Positions 56,164 to 64,000 of a stretch of 64,000 nucleotides of DNA are shown here, in pieces (the stretch's first letter is position 1; every line of letters starts with the position of its first letter). The position numbers and the translations under genes are program-made. The DNA comes from a virus: positions 3,266 to 67,265 of IMG/VR virus record IMGVR_UViG_3300021425_000029; one strand, 5' to 3'. A model generated the notes under the pieces. That model saw only the letters and a list, made by a program, of their open reading frames with translations, was not told where the DNA came from and did not search any database.

Positions 56164-57804
56164 TTACCAATCTTCTACACCTACACTCGTACCCTCGAAG
56201 GTATGCCAACCCATTGCTTTCTGTTCTTCTTCCTGTCGAACTTCTTGTAAACCATCATCAATGAACCCTACAGGCGGTACATCGTCTTCGATTTCTTTCA
56301 TTTTCTTTGCAAACATTATCTCTTTCAGATTGATATCTGTCATATCTGCAAAGAATTGTGAGGACACAAAGTAACCGAACATAACCAGATTCATCATTAG
56401 GTCATCATGGTTACCATCAGATGCTTCGTATGATTGACCCTTAGAGACAAAAGTAGAGACTTCCATGATAGTATTCTCATCTACAATGTCGAGTTTGGTT
56501 GTTTCTAGGATATCTTTAATCGCAGAACAACCCAATCGTTTCACCTTGCGATTCATCTCGACACCAATACGGTCTGCCTTGACAGCTGATTCCATATGAA
56601 TATTATCATACTCCAAGTCCTGATATAATCCATTACATACTACCTGTCCCGAATCATTGGACTCAATGATGACATATGCCTCATTGTAGAGCTTTGCGTA
56701 CTTATATATAATATTAGGAAAGAGTAATGGAGATATAGTATTATTGCGATAAACAGCAACCTGCTTGAACGGTCTTGTGCTAATGTCGATAACGTTAAAC
56801 GTAGAATAATCCTGTCCTCTTCCTTTTGATACGTCTACCATCATGAGATATTCATGTTTGAAAGAACCTTTTTCAAACTCTTTGTTGGGACGGTCATATA
56901 TTAATAAGTCGCCCCCTTCAAGAACTTCTGAGGGGTTTGACGCTCTAAATGATAACAATGTTTCGGCATTGATAAGAGTATCGCCTGTTCCAAAAAAGGT
57001 GTTACCAAACTCTTGGTCAAACTGCAATTGTGATGTGTTCGCAATTGTTTGTTTCTTCCACTCCTCGTCTCGGCCTGGCACATCATACCAGTTGACCGTA
57101 AACGGAGAGAATTCGTTTACCTTCTGAACAGCCCCTTCCCAAATCTTATGGAATGTATTACCGATACCATTTGCGGTAGAAGTGATAATAACCTTTGTAT
57201 CCTTACCCGCAGAGATAACAGGATAGGTAGAAGTATAGAACTCATTCGCTCTTTCCACAAATGCAAATTCGTCAAGGAATAGTAGGTTAACAGACATACC
57301 ACGAATGGAACTACCAGAGGTAGCAGCGGCAATAATGCGAGAGTTATTACTAAACTCAATCGAACCTTTGTTGAGTGCCTTCGTGCCCGGCTGCAAAAAG
57401 AATGGTAGATTCTCCAACATGAGTGTGACCCTTGCAAGCATCTCTCTTGCAGTCGCACCTTTGTTCGCCAGAATTGCGATAGTTTTTTCACTATGGAAAC
57501 AAGCATACCAGATTATGTATCCTACTGAACTAATCGATTTACCAGACTGTCTACAAGCGAGAACAATAGAGAATCGATTGTTATTGAAGTGGTCAAACAT
57601 CTTCTCTTGATATGGATATAGTCTAAAGGGGACTAGTCCGTGATCTAGAGAGATTACCTTGAGATATGTTTTACAAAAGTGTACAGGGTCTTTGGCACAC
57701 TTAATGTATTCCTTTATTTCTTCTTCGGTAAAATTGTGTTGAACTCCATCTCTCTTGACATTTATATTACCAAGATAGCTTTCATTCTGATTCGGGTTCG
57801 ACAT
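56164..57804 (-). CDS. gp17: Terminase large subunit (gp17)
   Basis: RQSGKS, LDEFAF, STANG, DVSKGRGQDYS, HDDLMM. Confidence 0.98.
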   Translation of the reverse strand: MSNPNQNESYLGNINVKRDGVQHNFTEEEIKEYIKCAKDPVHFCKTYLKVISLDHGLVPFRLYPYQEKMFDHFNNNRFSIVLACRQSGKSISSVGYIIWYACFHSEKTIAILANKGATAREMLARVTLMLENLPFFLQPGTKALNKGSIEFSNNSRIIAAATSGSSIRGMSVNLLFLDEFAFVERANEFYTSTYPVISAGKDTKVIITSTANGIGNTFHKIWEGAVQKVNEFSPFTVNWYDVPGRDEEWKKQTIANTSQLQFDQEFGNTFFGTGDTLINAETLLSFRASNPSEVLEGGDLLIYDRPNKEFEKGSFKHEYLMMVDVSKGRGQDYSTFNVIDISTRPFKQVAVYRNNTISPLLFPNIIYKYAKLYNEAYVIIESNDSGQVVCNGLYQDLEYDNIHMESAVKADRIGVEMNRKVKRLGCSAIKDILETTKLDIVDENTIMEVSTFVSKGQSYEASDGNHDDLMMNLVMFGYFVSSQFFADMTDINLKEIMFAKKMKEIEDDVPPVGFIDDGLQEVRQEEEQKAMGWHTFEGTSVGVEDW

Positions 57805-58144
57805 CTATTACTTTTTCCACTTGTTCATTCTGTATGAGACGTTGTAAGTCTGTTGTAGTTCCTACAAATAGGTTGTTGGTAGTGTTACCTAGTTGTTTGG
57901 GTTGATCATCATCCTTATTGATTTCCTTGTGTTTCTTATTCAAGTCCATCAGTTTATCGGTGACATCTGCCATGTTCTTCATCATACCAGATAACACTTC
58001 AAACGCACGAGGATGTTCACTCTCTCGTGCGACTTCTATCATCAAGTCCATACTCTCTCTACCCTTCTCAATTATATCATGGTAGGTATCACGAGAAGTA
58101 GTATAGTCATCTCTTATATTCTTATCGTTACTTTTATCACTCAT
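57782..58144 (-). CDS. gp16: Terminase small subunit (gp16)
   Basis: EHPRAFEV, NNLFVGTT.DL. Confidence 0.92.
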   Translation of the reverse strand: MSDKSNDKNIRDDYTTSRDTYHDIIEKGRESMDLMIEVARESEHPRAFEVLSGMMKNMADVTDKLMDLNKKHKEINKDDDQPKQLGNTTNNLFVGTTTDLQRLIQNEQVEKVIDVEPESE

Positions 58145-58920
58145 TATGCACTGTCCACATCAGTTTCAATAAATCCGTAATCACTATCCGCACTTACGGA
58201 TGATGGGTCTGGAGTAACCTGTAAGGTCTTGATGTATACATCACTGTCAGCGAGTCCTGCTTCTTGTAAGAACAGGTTACTGTTAACCTCACGGATAATA
58301 TTCTTATTAGACTCAGGGCCATACAGAGAAATTTTCATTTCAAAGTCTAATGTATATATGATAGTTCTTCGTTGTTCAACCGCACCTTCAAAGTCATCCG
58401 AGAATGTTACACCAGACAATGTGACAGGCACATCTTCAGTCAGTGTAGGTATATCAGAAAACGGTTTGATTGTCAAGGTGTATTGTGGTGCAAAGTATGG
58501 TAGAATCTGTTCTACAATCTGTAGTGCATCATCCTGTGACTTTGCATAGACATTCAACTGAAACGAAATTATGTAGGGTGTTGATGTATAAAGTTTTCGT
58601 CTTTTATTGACATCACTAACAGCTGTTGATATCGCATTGGTCTTGGGCAATTGACGAGTTGCATCATATTGCATATTCGTAATCTCGAAAGACATACGAG
58701 GCAACTTGATCGCCACTCTGCGTTCTGCATCCTCACCCTTCGACATTTCCTCTAGTCGGGAAATGAAGTTTCTCTTGGGTGCATAGGATAACGGGACTTT
58801 CACCTGTGAGATAGTCTCGCCCGCACTGTTCTGTCTTAGAACATGGAGATTGTTGAACATCGATCCAAATACAGATACCGCAGTTCGTACTCTCTTATTA
58901 TAAAACCAAGTTCCAAACAT
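58144..58920 (-). CDS. gp15: Tail sheath stabiliser/terminator (gp15)
   Basis: VPLSYAPK, LPRMSFE, QIVEQILPYF. Confidence 0.94.
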   Translation of the reverse strand: MFGTWFYNKRVRTAVSVFGSMFNNLHVLRQNSAGETISQVKVPLSYAPKRNFISRLEEMSKGEDAERRVAIKLPRMSFEITNMQYDATRQLPKTNAISTAVSDVNKRRKLYTSTPYIISFQLNVYAKSQDDALQIVEQILPYFAPQYTLTIKPFSDIPTLTEDVPVTLSGVTFSDDFEGAVEQRRTIIYTLDFEMKISLYGPESNKNIIREVNSNLFLQEAGLADSDVYIKTLQVTPDPSSVSADSDYGFIETDVDSA

Positions 58921-59795
58921 TATGCAATATCTCCGAATGGATTACTCTCTGAGAAGTCAAGGAAGTCTGCCTCGAAATCATCAAAGATTTTATTTTGTGC
59001 ATCTTTCTGAATCTCTTGTAATTCTGACACCAATGTTGGTGTTGCTGATGCACTTGAAGTACTACCTACAACTGCAACATTAGTGGTAAATGTGTGGAAC
59101 TTACCATCGGTTGCACCGACATGAGCGAGTTGTAGGATACCATCTGAATCAGACCAGTCAGTAACCTCACCTTTCATCGAATATGTGTCGAATGTTTGGG
59201 TAACAGTTTCACCAACTTCGTAAGACAATCCTGTTCCAGTTGGCATATTCAATGCATATTGGAATGCGGCTTCTTCCTCAATAACATCGATATCCACAAT
59301 GCCTGTATCCATATCCTCATCACTATACTCGAACAACTCACATTGCATACGGAATGTAGGCAATTGGTTCAACTGGAAGAACGGAGTTTCGGTCTCTACT
59401 CTACGAATCTCAAATATAGATTGAGACAGAGTCAGATAGATTAGGTCACCCTCACGAGGACGGAAGTTATTCTCTGCAAGACGATTACCTACAAGTTGTT
59501 TCCATCTTTTTCTTGAAACAACAAAGTTTGCTTGATCTCTTAGTTCGATACCAAACTTAGTGAACAGGTCACCCTCACCGTCAAACGCTTCGGTGTTTTC
59601 GATATACATTTCTACCTTATAGGCAGAACCAAATCGTGAAGGAACATCATCAAGAAAGACAGAATCTTTGTTGATGATCTCACGAGGGAGGTAATAAACA
59701 TCCTGTCCATACATCTTGAGGGCTTCAATAATAATGTCCTCATAGACTGTCTGTTCAGAACGAACACCCTGTTTAAAGTATGGGTTCGTTGGCAT
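58920..59795 (-). CDS. gp14: Neck protein (gp14)
   Basis: YGQDVYYLPR, KFG, RPREGDLIY, DFSESNPFG. Confidence 0.94.
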   Translation of the reverse strand: MPTNPYFKQGVRSEQTVYEDIIIEALKMYGQDVYYLPREIINKDSVFLDDVPSRFGSAYKVEMYIENTEAFDGEGDLFTKFGIELRDQANFVVSRKRWKQLVGNRLAENNFRPREGDLIYLTLSQSIFEIRRVETETPFFQLNQLPTFRMQCELFEYSDEDMDTGIVDIDVIEEEAAFQYALNMPTGTGLSYEVGETVTQTFDTYSMKGEVTDWSDSDGILQLAHVGATDGKFHTFTTNVAVVGSTSSASATPTLVSELQEIQKDAQNKIFDDFEADFLDFSESNPFGDIA

Positions 59796-59799
59796 TATG

Positions 59800-60597
59800 T
59801 TATCCTACAAAGAAGTCTGGTGGAGTGTCATACTCATTATATATTCTTTGTCTAACTGTCTCTATCTCTTGTTTGGCATCTTCTAGTATTTGTCTACCAT
59901 TCAGTTGAACACCGCCTGGCAACACCATTCCCTCAAACTTAATAAGATTCTGTCCCCACTGTTCTTTGATAAGTGCAGTCGCATATTCTTTCAAGAAGAT
60001 GTTATTATAGACTACAGGTGTAACATTAGGGTTATTCGAAATATACATTTCTACCATAATCGTATCACCCACTTTCACATCACCACTTTGTATTGCACCA
60101 AAGATACTAAGTACTTTACTAGAATAGTTCCACTGAATTTGTGGAGTACCACTCAGTTTCATATCAATAAGTGACATATATTGTTGCATCTGTTCGTAGT
60201 ATGCAATCCCGCCCGTTCCACTCTGCAAATCGTAAATATCATTGAGTCGCATCTGATATTGGGCATCCATGAAGTTTGTACCTGAAGAGGATGTGCTAAA
60301 AGGAAGAACTCTGACAATACTAAGAATATTTTCAGGATTGAAATTTGACAAAAAGGCATCCGTGTCAGCATCAAAATCAATAAATTTACGATCCACTATT
60401 GCTTGTGTGATATCGATTTCTAAATATATACGGGCAGACCCTTCTGCATCATATTCAAGAAACAACTGCATTGCATCGTTTACACGATCTTCTATCTGTT
60501 CATCATCGACATTAATTTCGACTACGGGTGCGCCTAGTTTGCGTAGACAATATTCTATAAACTCGTCTCTGGTTGTTATTCTATTATAGTTTGCCAT
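59800..60597 (-). CDS. gp13: Neck protein (gp13)
   Basis: LRKLGAPVVEINV, QWGQNL.KF, LPGGVQLNG. Confidence 0.94.
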   Translation of the reverse strand: MANYNRITTRDEFIEYCLRKLGAPVVEINVDDEQIEDRVNDAMQLFLEYDAEGSARIYLEIDITQAIVDRKFIDFDADTDAFLSNFNPENILSIVRVLPFSTSSSGTNFMDAQYQMRLNDIYDLQSGTGGIAYYEQMQQYMSLIDMKLSGTPQIQWNYSSKVLSIFGAIQSGDVKVGDTIMVEMYISNNPNVTPVVYNNIFLKEYATALIKEQWGQNLIKFEGMVLPGGVQLNGRQILEDAKQEIETVRQRIYNEYDTPPDFFVG

Positions 60598-60611
60598 TTA
60601 TCTATTTATCC

Positions 60612-63600
60612 TTAGTTTAACAATGTGCCTGCATTGTTATACACATTAATTCTGTAGTGTGAGCCATGTTGTCCATCAAGTAAGTCAGCGTCCAATCCCG
60701 TTCCCGAACCATCTACTGTCTTTATTGCGGTCAGTATTTCGGATGCAGTTTGGTCTGCGGTTGCACCAGATTCAATACCATCTAGTTTTGTACCATCTGC
60801 CGCAACATCACGACCATCAACTGTACCATCGACTGTGATATTTCCGGCAACTTCAAGACCAGTACCATTGATCAGTTTTAATGCACTTCCAGTGAGTCGT
60901 TGAACAATAGTGTTCGACCCCGCTTTCTTCACTGCATATTCAATCAGACCATCTTCTGTTCCATCGGTTACATCACTTGTCTTACCTGTAATCTTCGCAT
61001 AGAGGACAGACTGTGATGCATCATTCTCACCTGTAAATTTAATCTGACCAAGATAGTCACCATCAGAAGGTGATGCGCTATTTCGAACTAAGTCAACTTC
61101 TGGGCCAGAGGCAGAAGTGCCATCAGTAGATGTTACGGTTAAACTGCCAGTAGTACTGATATTACCTGTACCAGTGATGTTATTACCATTGAGATCAAGA
61201 TTGGCACCCAATTGTGGAGAGGTATCATTAACAAGGTTAGTGTTAACCGAGAACACACCTGTTGAACTATTGTAAGATAGGTCACCACTCGCAGACACCA
61301 ATCCTCTTATATCTGCATCACTTGGGCCAGTGTATGTGATTACACCAGTACCACTATTGTATGAAGCAGAACCAAGACCACCAGCATCAGTTACCGATAT
61401 AGCGGAACGAGCATTTGCAGTTGTGAACTTGGTTACACTAAATTCACCAGTACTTGAGTTATAACTTAGGTCACCACCAGCACTCAATAAACCTCTTACT
61501 TGTGCATCGGTTCTTTGTGTGAATGACATCACACCTGTTCCACTGTTGTAACTTAGGTCACCACCAGCGGATACTAGTCCTCTTACCTCTGCATCTGTTC
61601 TCTCTGTAAAGGATACTACACCAGTAGTAGAGTTATATGCAAGGTCACCACTAACACTAATCGCACTTCTTGCCCTTGCGGTTGTGTGATAAAGGTTTGA
61701 CCCTTCTGATAAGTCTCCAGTATTATGATTGGAGATATCAGATGCTTGACCTGTTAAGTTTGCGGTAATCGTTCCCGCAGAGAAGTTACCAGATGCATCA
61801 CGGGAAACAATCGCAGAACCAGTGTTTGCGTTTGTGGCAGTAGTCGCAGAGTTGTTTACCTTACCCGCAGTACTAATCGTTGCAAGTTTTGTATCTGCAA
61901 TTGCGGCATCTGATTTAATGTCTGCGTTGACAATAGTGTCAGATGCAATACTTGTTGCAAGTGTAACCGCACCAGTACCATCAAAGGATACCGCACTGGC
62001 AGTAACATCCCCTGTTAGAGAGAAGTTTCTACCCGTTGCAAGTGCCGATGCAGTAGAGGCGTTACCTGTTACCGCACCAGTCAGATTACCTTCAAATGTA
62101 TCTGCAACCAGAGTCGCAAGACTGAATGAGGCATCCGCAGTGTTGATAATTCCTGTTGGTGTTGAGTCATACTCGTCAATCAGTTTCCACTTCTCATCTG
62201 TGACATCAAAGAATATACCCGCATGGGTATATCCAACACCACTTGTACCAGTGTTTCGGTTAGTGAAGAAACCAGTATCAACATTTACTGGAGCAGCAGA
62301 ACCAGTCCACTTGTCACCCACGGTGTGACCTGTAGTTGCACCGAATTCAATGTCGATATTATCACTGAGTGTTTGTGCTGACCCTGTGATACTAATACCT
62401 GTTGCTTGAGGTGATGCAGAATCATAACCCCATTCAAATGTGTCTGGTGTTCCTGTTGCATCAATCTTCACATAGAAGTTTGTTGATGATGTTCCTTGGA
62501 AATGTCCACCAAAGAAAGCATCGTCAAGGCCAGAACCTTGGAAAGTTGTATTCGCTTCACCAATCGTATCACCCTCATTGAGACGATACATTGGAGAACC
62601 TTGGGTTACATTAGATGTACCTACAGTAGTCTGACTACCCAGAATGGTAAGGTTACCATCGACTTGTAAGTCCGTCCCGATGTGTGCAGATGTCTGAACA
62701 CGGAAAGAACGAACAGAGTGGTTCTGTTGATTGACCAACAGAATACCGTTATCTGAATCACCCGATTGAACAACCCAACCCAAACACATAGGGAAGTTTG
62801 GGTATGTCGGAGATGCATTCTGGTGTGAACCAGGCGTAGTCACGGATACGAAGAAGTTCGTTCCATCACTCAAGTGTGCAGTGTTTACTTCGGTCAATTG
62901 ACCAGCAATCAAACAGTGACCATATGAGTTGTTTGCGATATCTTGAGCGGCAATACCTTGAGCGTTGTATGCATTCACATCTGTCGCATCTGCAAGACCG
63001 ATAGTTGGAACATCAATAGAACCTGAAGTGTAGTTACCAGAGAAGTATAGTGCAGAACCTTTCTTAATAGTTGCACCAGTATTGTTGAATACTCGTTGAT
63101 GTTCCTGAGTACCAACCTCGTGAACCATACCAGTGATATCATCATTGTAGTTAAGTGTCTTATGCTTGTTATCATAATACAACAGACCTTCACTATATGG
63201 TTGATGTGAGTCAAATCTTGTGGTATCAAACTGAATGTTCAGAAGTGATGCTGAATCCGCAACCAACTGAGTAGTCTTTAATTTACTTTCTACACGCAAG
63301 TCATCAAAGTGTTCACTCAAACCATCAACAAGGATAATACCGTTATTTGAGTCAGCGACCAGAACACGACCAATGTGGAATGGATAACCAGTATCAACGG
63401 TTACGGGAGTTTCTGTAACAACACCCGCAGAATCAGCAGACAAGAATAGAATATTACCCGCAGTCATTCCACCCGTGTTTACATCACGAACCAGACCATA
63501 ACGAGTTACCCAACCGTGTGCGCCATCTGGAATATCCATTGTCGCAAGACCAGTCGCTTGACCAGTTGTAGAGGTGTTTGCTCTTGCAAGTGATACTTGT

Positions 63601-64000
63601 GGGTGTTTACCATGAGCCGTTCCAGAGATGTATACTGCATCACCATTACTGATTGCAGCACCAGTCATGTTATGAACATACAGGAAAATTTCTTGACCAA
63701 TGTTCAGTGTGACATCTGGATTTGGATTATTCTGTGTATCAAGAACAAGTGATAGACCCTTTTGATGGTCTGAGTCAAAATACAATGTTCCAGCAGCATT
63801 TGAATGTCTTGATGTGAGAACACTAAAGTTAATTCCATCAACAACCGCAGAATCTAATGTAGTCTTCGCAAAGGTTACATCATCGGTAGTTCCGACTGAT
63901 TGACCAATCGCAACCGAACCATCGGTGATTGTGACACCAGTTCCACCAGAGAAATGCGCTCTTGTTTCAGATGCACTTGGGCCAGTGTATGTGATTACAC
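60612..64000 (-). CDS. Large virion fibre/structural protein, 5' end outside the window
   Basis: Frame stays open from 63785 to the window edge; Gly/Thr/Ser-rich; GDLSYNS.TG repeats; LDADLLDG C-terminal motif. Confidence 0.85.
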   Translation of the reverse strand, partial: VITYTGPSASETRAHFSGGTGVTITDGSVAIGQSVGTTDDVTFAKTTLDSAVVDGINFSVLTSRHSNAAGTLYFDSDHQKGLSLVLDTQNNPNPDVTLNIGQEIFLYVHNMTGAAISNGDAVYISGTAHGKHPQVSLARANTSTTGQATGLATMDIPDGAHGWVTRYGLVRDVNTGGMTAGNILFLSADSAGVVTETPVTVDTGYPFHIGRVLVADSNNGIILVDGLSEHFDDLRVESKLKTTQLVADSASLLNIQFDTTRFDSHQPYSEGLLYYDNKHKTLNYNDDITGMVHEVGTQEHQRVFNNTGATIKKGSALYFSGNYTSGSIDVPTIGLADATDVNAYNAQGIAAQDIANNSYGHCLIAGQLTEVNTAHLSDGTNFFVSVTTPGSHQNASPTYPNFPMCLGWVVQSGDSDNGILLVNQQNHSVRSFRVQTSAHIGTDLQVDGNLTILGSQTTVGTSNVTQGSPMYRLNEGDTIGEANTTFQGSGLDDAFFGGHFQGTSSTNFYVKIDATGTPDTFEWGYDSASPQATGISITGSAQTLSDNIDIEFGATTGHTVGDKWTGSAAPVNVDTGFFTNRNTGTSGVGYTHAGIFFDVTDEKWKLIDEYDSTPTGIINTADASFSLATLVADTFEGNLTGAVTGNASTASALATGRNFSLTGDVTASAVSFDGTGAVTLATSIASDTIVNADIKSDAAIADTKLATISTAGKVNNSATTATNANTGSAIVSRDASGNFSAGTITANLTGQASDISNHNTGDLSEGSNLYHTTARARSAISVSGDLAYNSTTGVVSFTERTDAEVRGLVSAGGDLSYNSGTGVMSFTQRTDAQVRGLLSAGGDLSYNSSTGEFSVTKFTTANARSAISVTDAGGLGSASYNSGTGVITYTGPSDADIRGLVSASGDLSYNSSTGVFSVNTNLVNDTSPQLGANLDLNGNNITGTGNISTTGSLTVTSTDGTSASGPEVDLVRNSASPSDGDYLGQIKFTGENDASQSVLYAKITGKTSDVTDGTEDGLIEYAVKKAGSNTIVQRLTGSALKLINGTGLEVAGNITVDGTVDGRDVAADGTKLDGIESGATADQTASEILTAIKTVDGSGTGLDADLLDGQHGSHYRINVYNNAGTLLN
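61245..61665 (-). repeat. Tandem coding repeats in the fibre gene
   Basis: About five units of (RGL.S)A.GDLSYNS.TG.; related nucleotide blocks at 61440-61520 and 61530-61605. Confidence 0.75.

Noticed and set aside
19128-57804. Introns or inteins in gp41, gp43, uvsW or gp17
   Set aside because: ORFs are continuous and of normal length, with no intein termini or splits
1712-62328. Many 60-180 aa plus-strand and nested ORFs in the ORF track
   Set aside because: They overlap well-supported minus-strand genes and lack an RBS or recognisable motifs; treated as shadow ORFs
61245-64000. Diversity-generating retroelement repeats in the fibre gene
   Set aside because: No reverse transcriptase and no adenine-specific mismatch pattern; the repeats are in-frame coding units
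1-64000. Stop-codon reassignment
   Set aside because: Core genes are full length in the standard code, and TAA, TAG and TGA all serve as stops

Overview
A 64-kb segment of a marine-type T4-like (myovirus) phage genome, almost all on the minus strand. Read right to left it holds a truncated repeat-rich fibre gene, neck/tail/packaging/head genes (gp13-gp23), an accessory insertion with the only plus-strand island (DUF4338/Mom-like GNAT, ParB-like protein, atypical tRNA-Gly, sulfotransferase-like gene), then gp3-uvsY-uvsW-gp55-gp47-gp46-gp45-gp44-cd-gp62-regA, hsp20, gp43, nucleotide-sugar genes, uvsX-gp40-gp41, mazG-like and thyX, and an accessory region with a curli-type (CsgF/CsgG/curlin-like)-FecR-CHASE2 adenylyl cyclase operon, pstS and small early genes. 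A PhoB-type Pho box, a ROSE thermometer and an ArfA-like peptide suggest a proteobacterial host (inference). The best candidate novel systems are: (1) Mom/DUF4338-like enzymes plus a non-canonical tRNA-Gly, possibly for tRNA-dependent DNA hypermodification, with an HNH nuclease partner; (2) a late-expressed trans-envelope curli-pore/FecR/CHASE2-cyclase signalling operon; (3) an unannotated ArfA-like ORF whose terminator lies before its stop codon. All product calls come from motif recognition and synteny; no database search was run.
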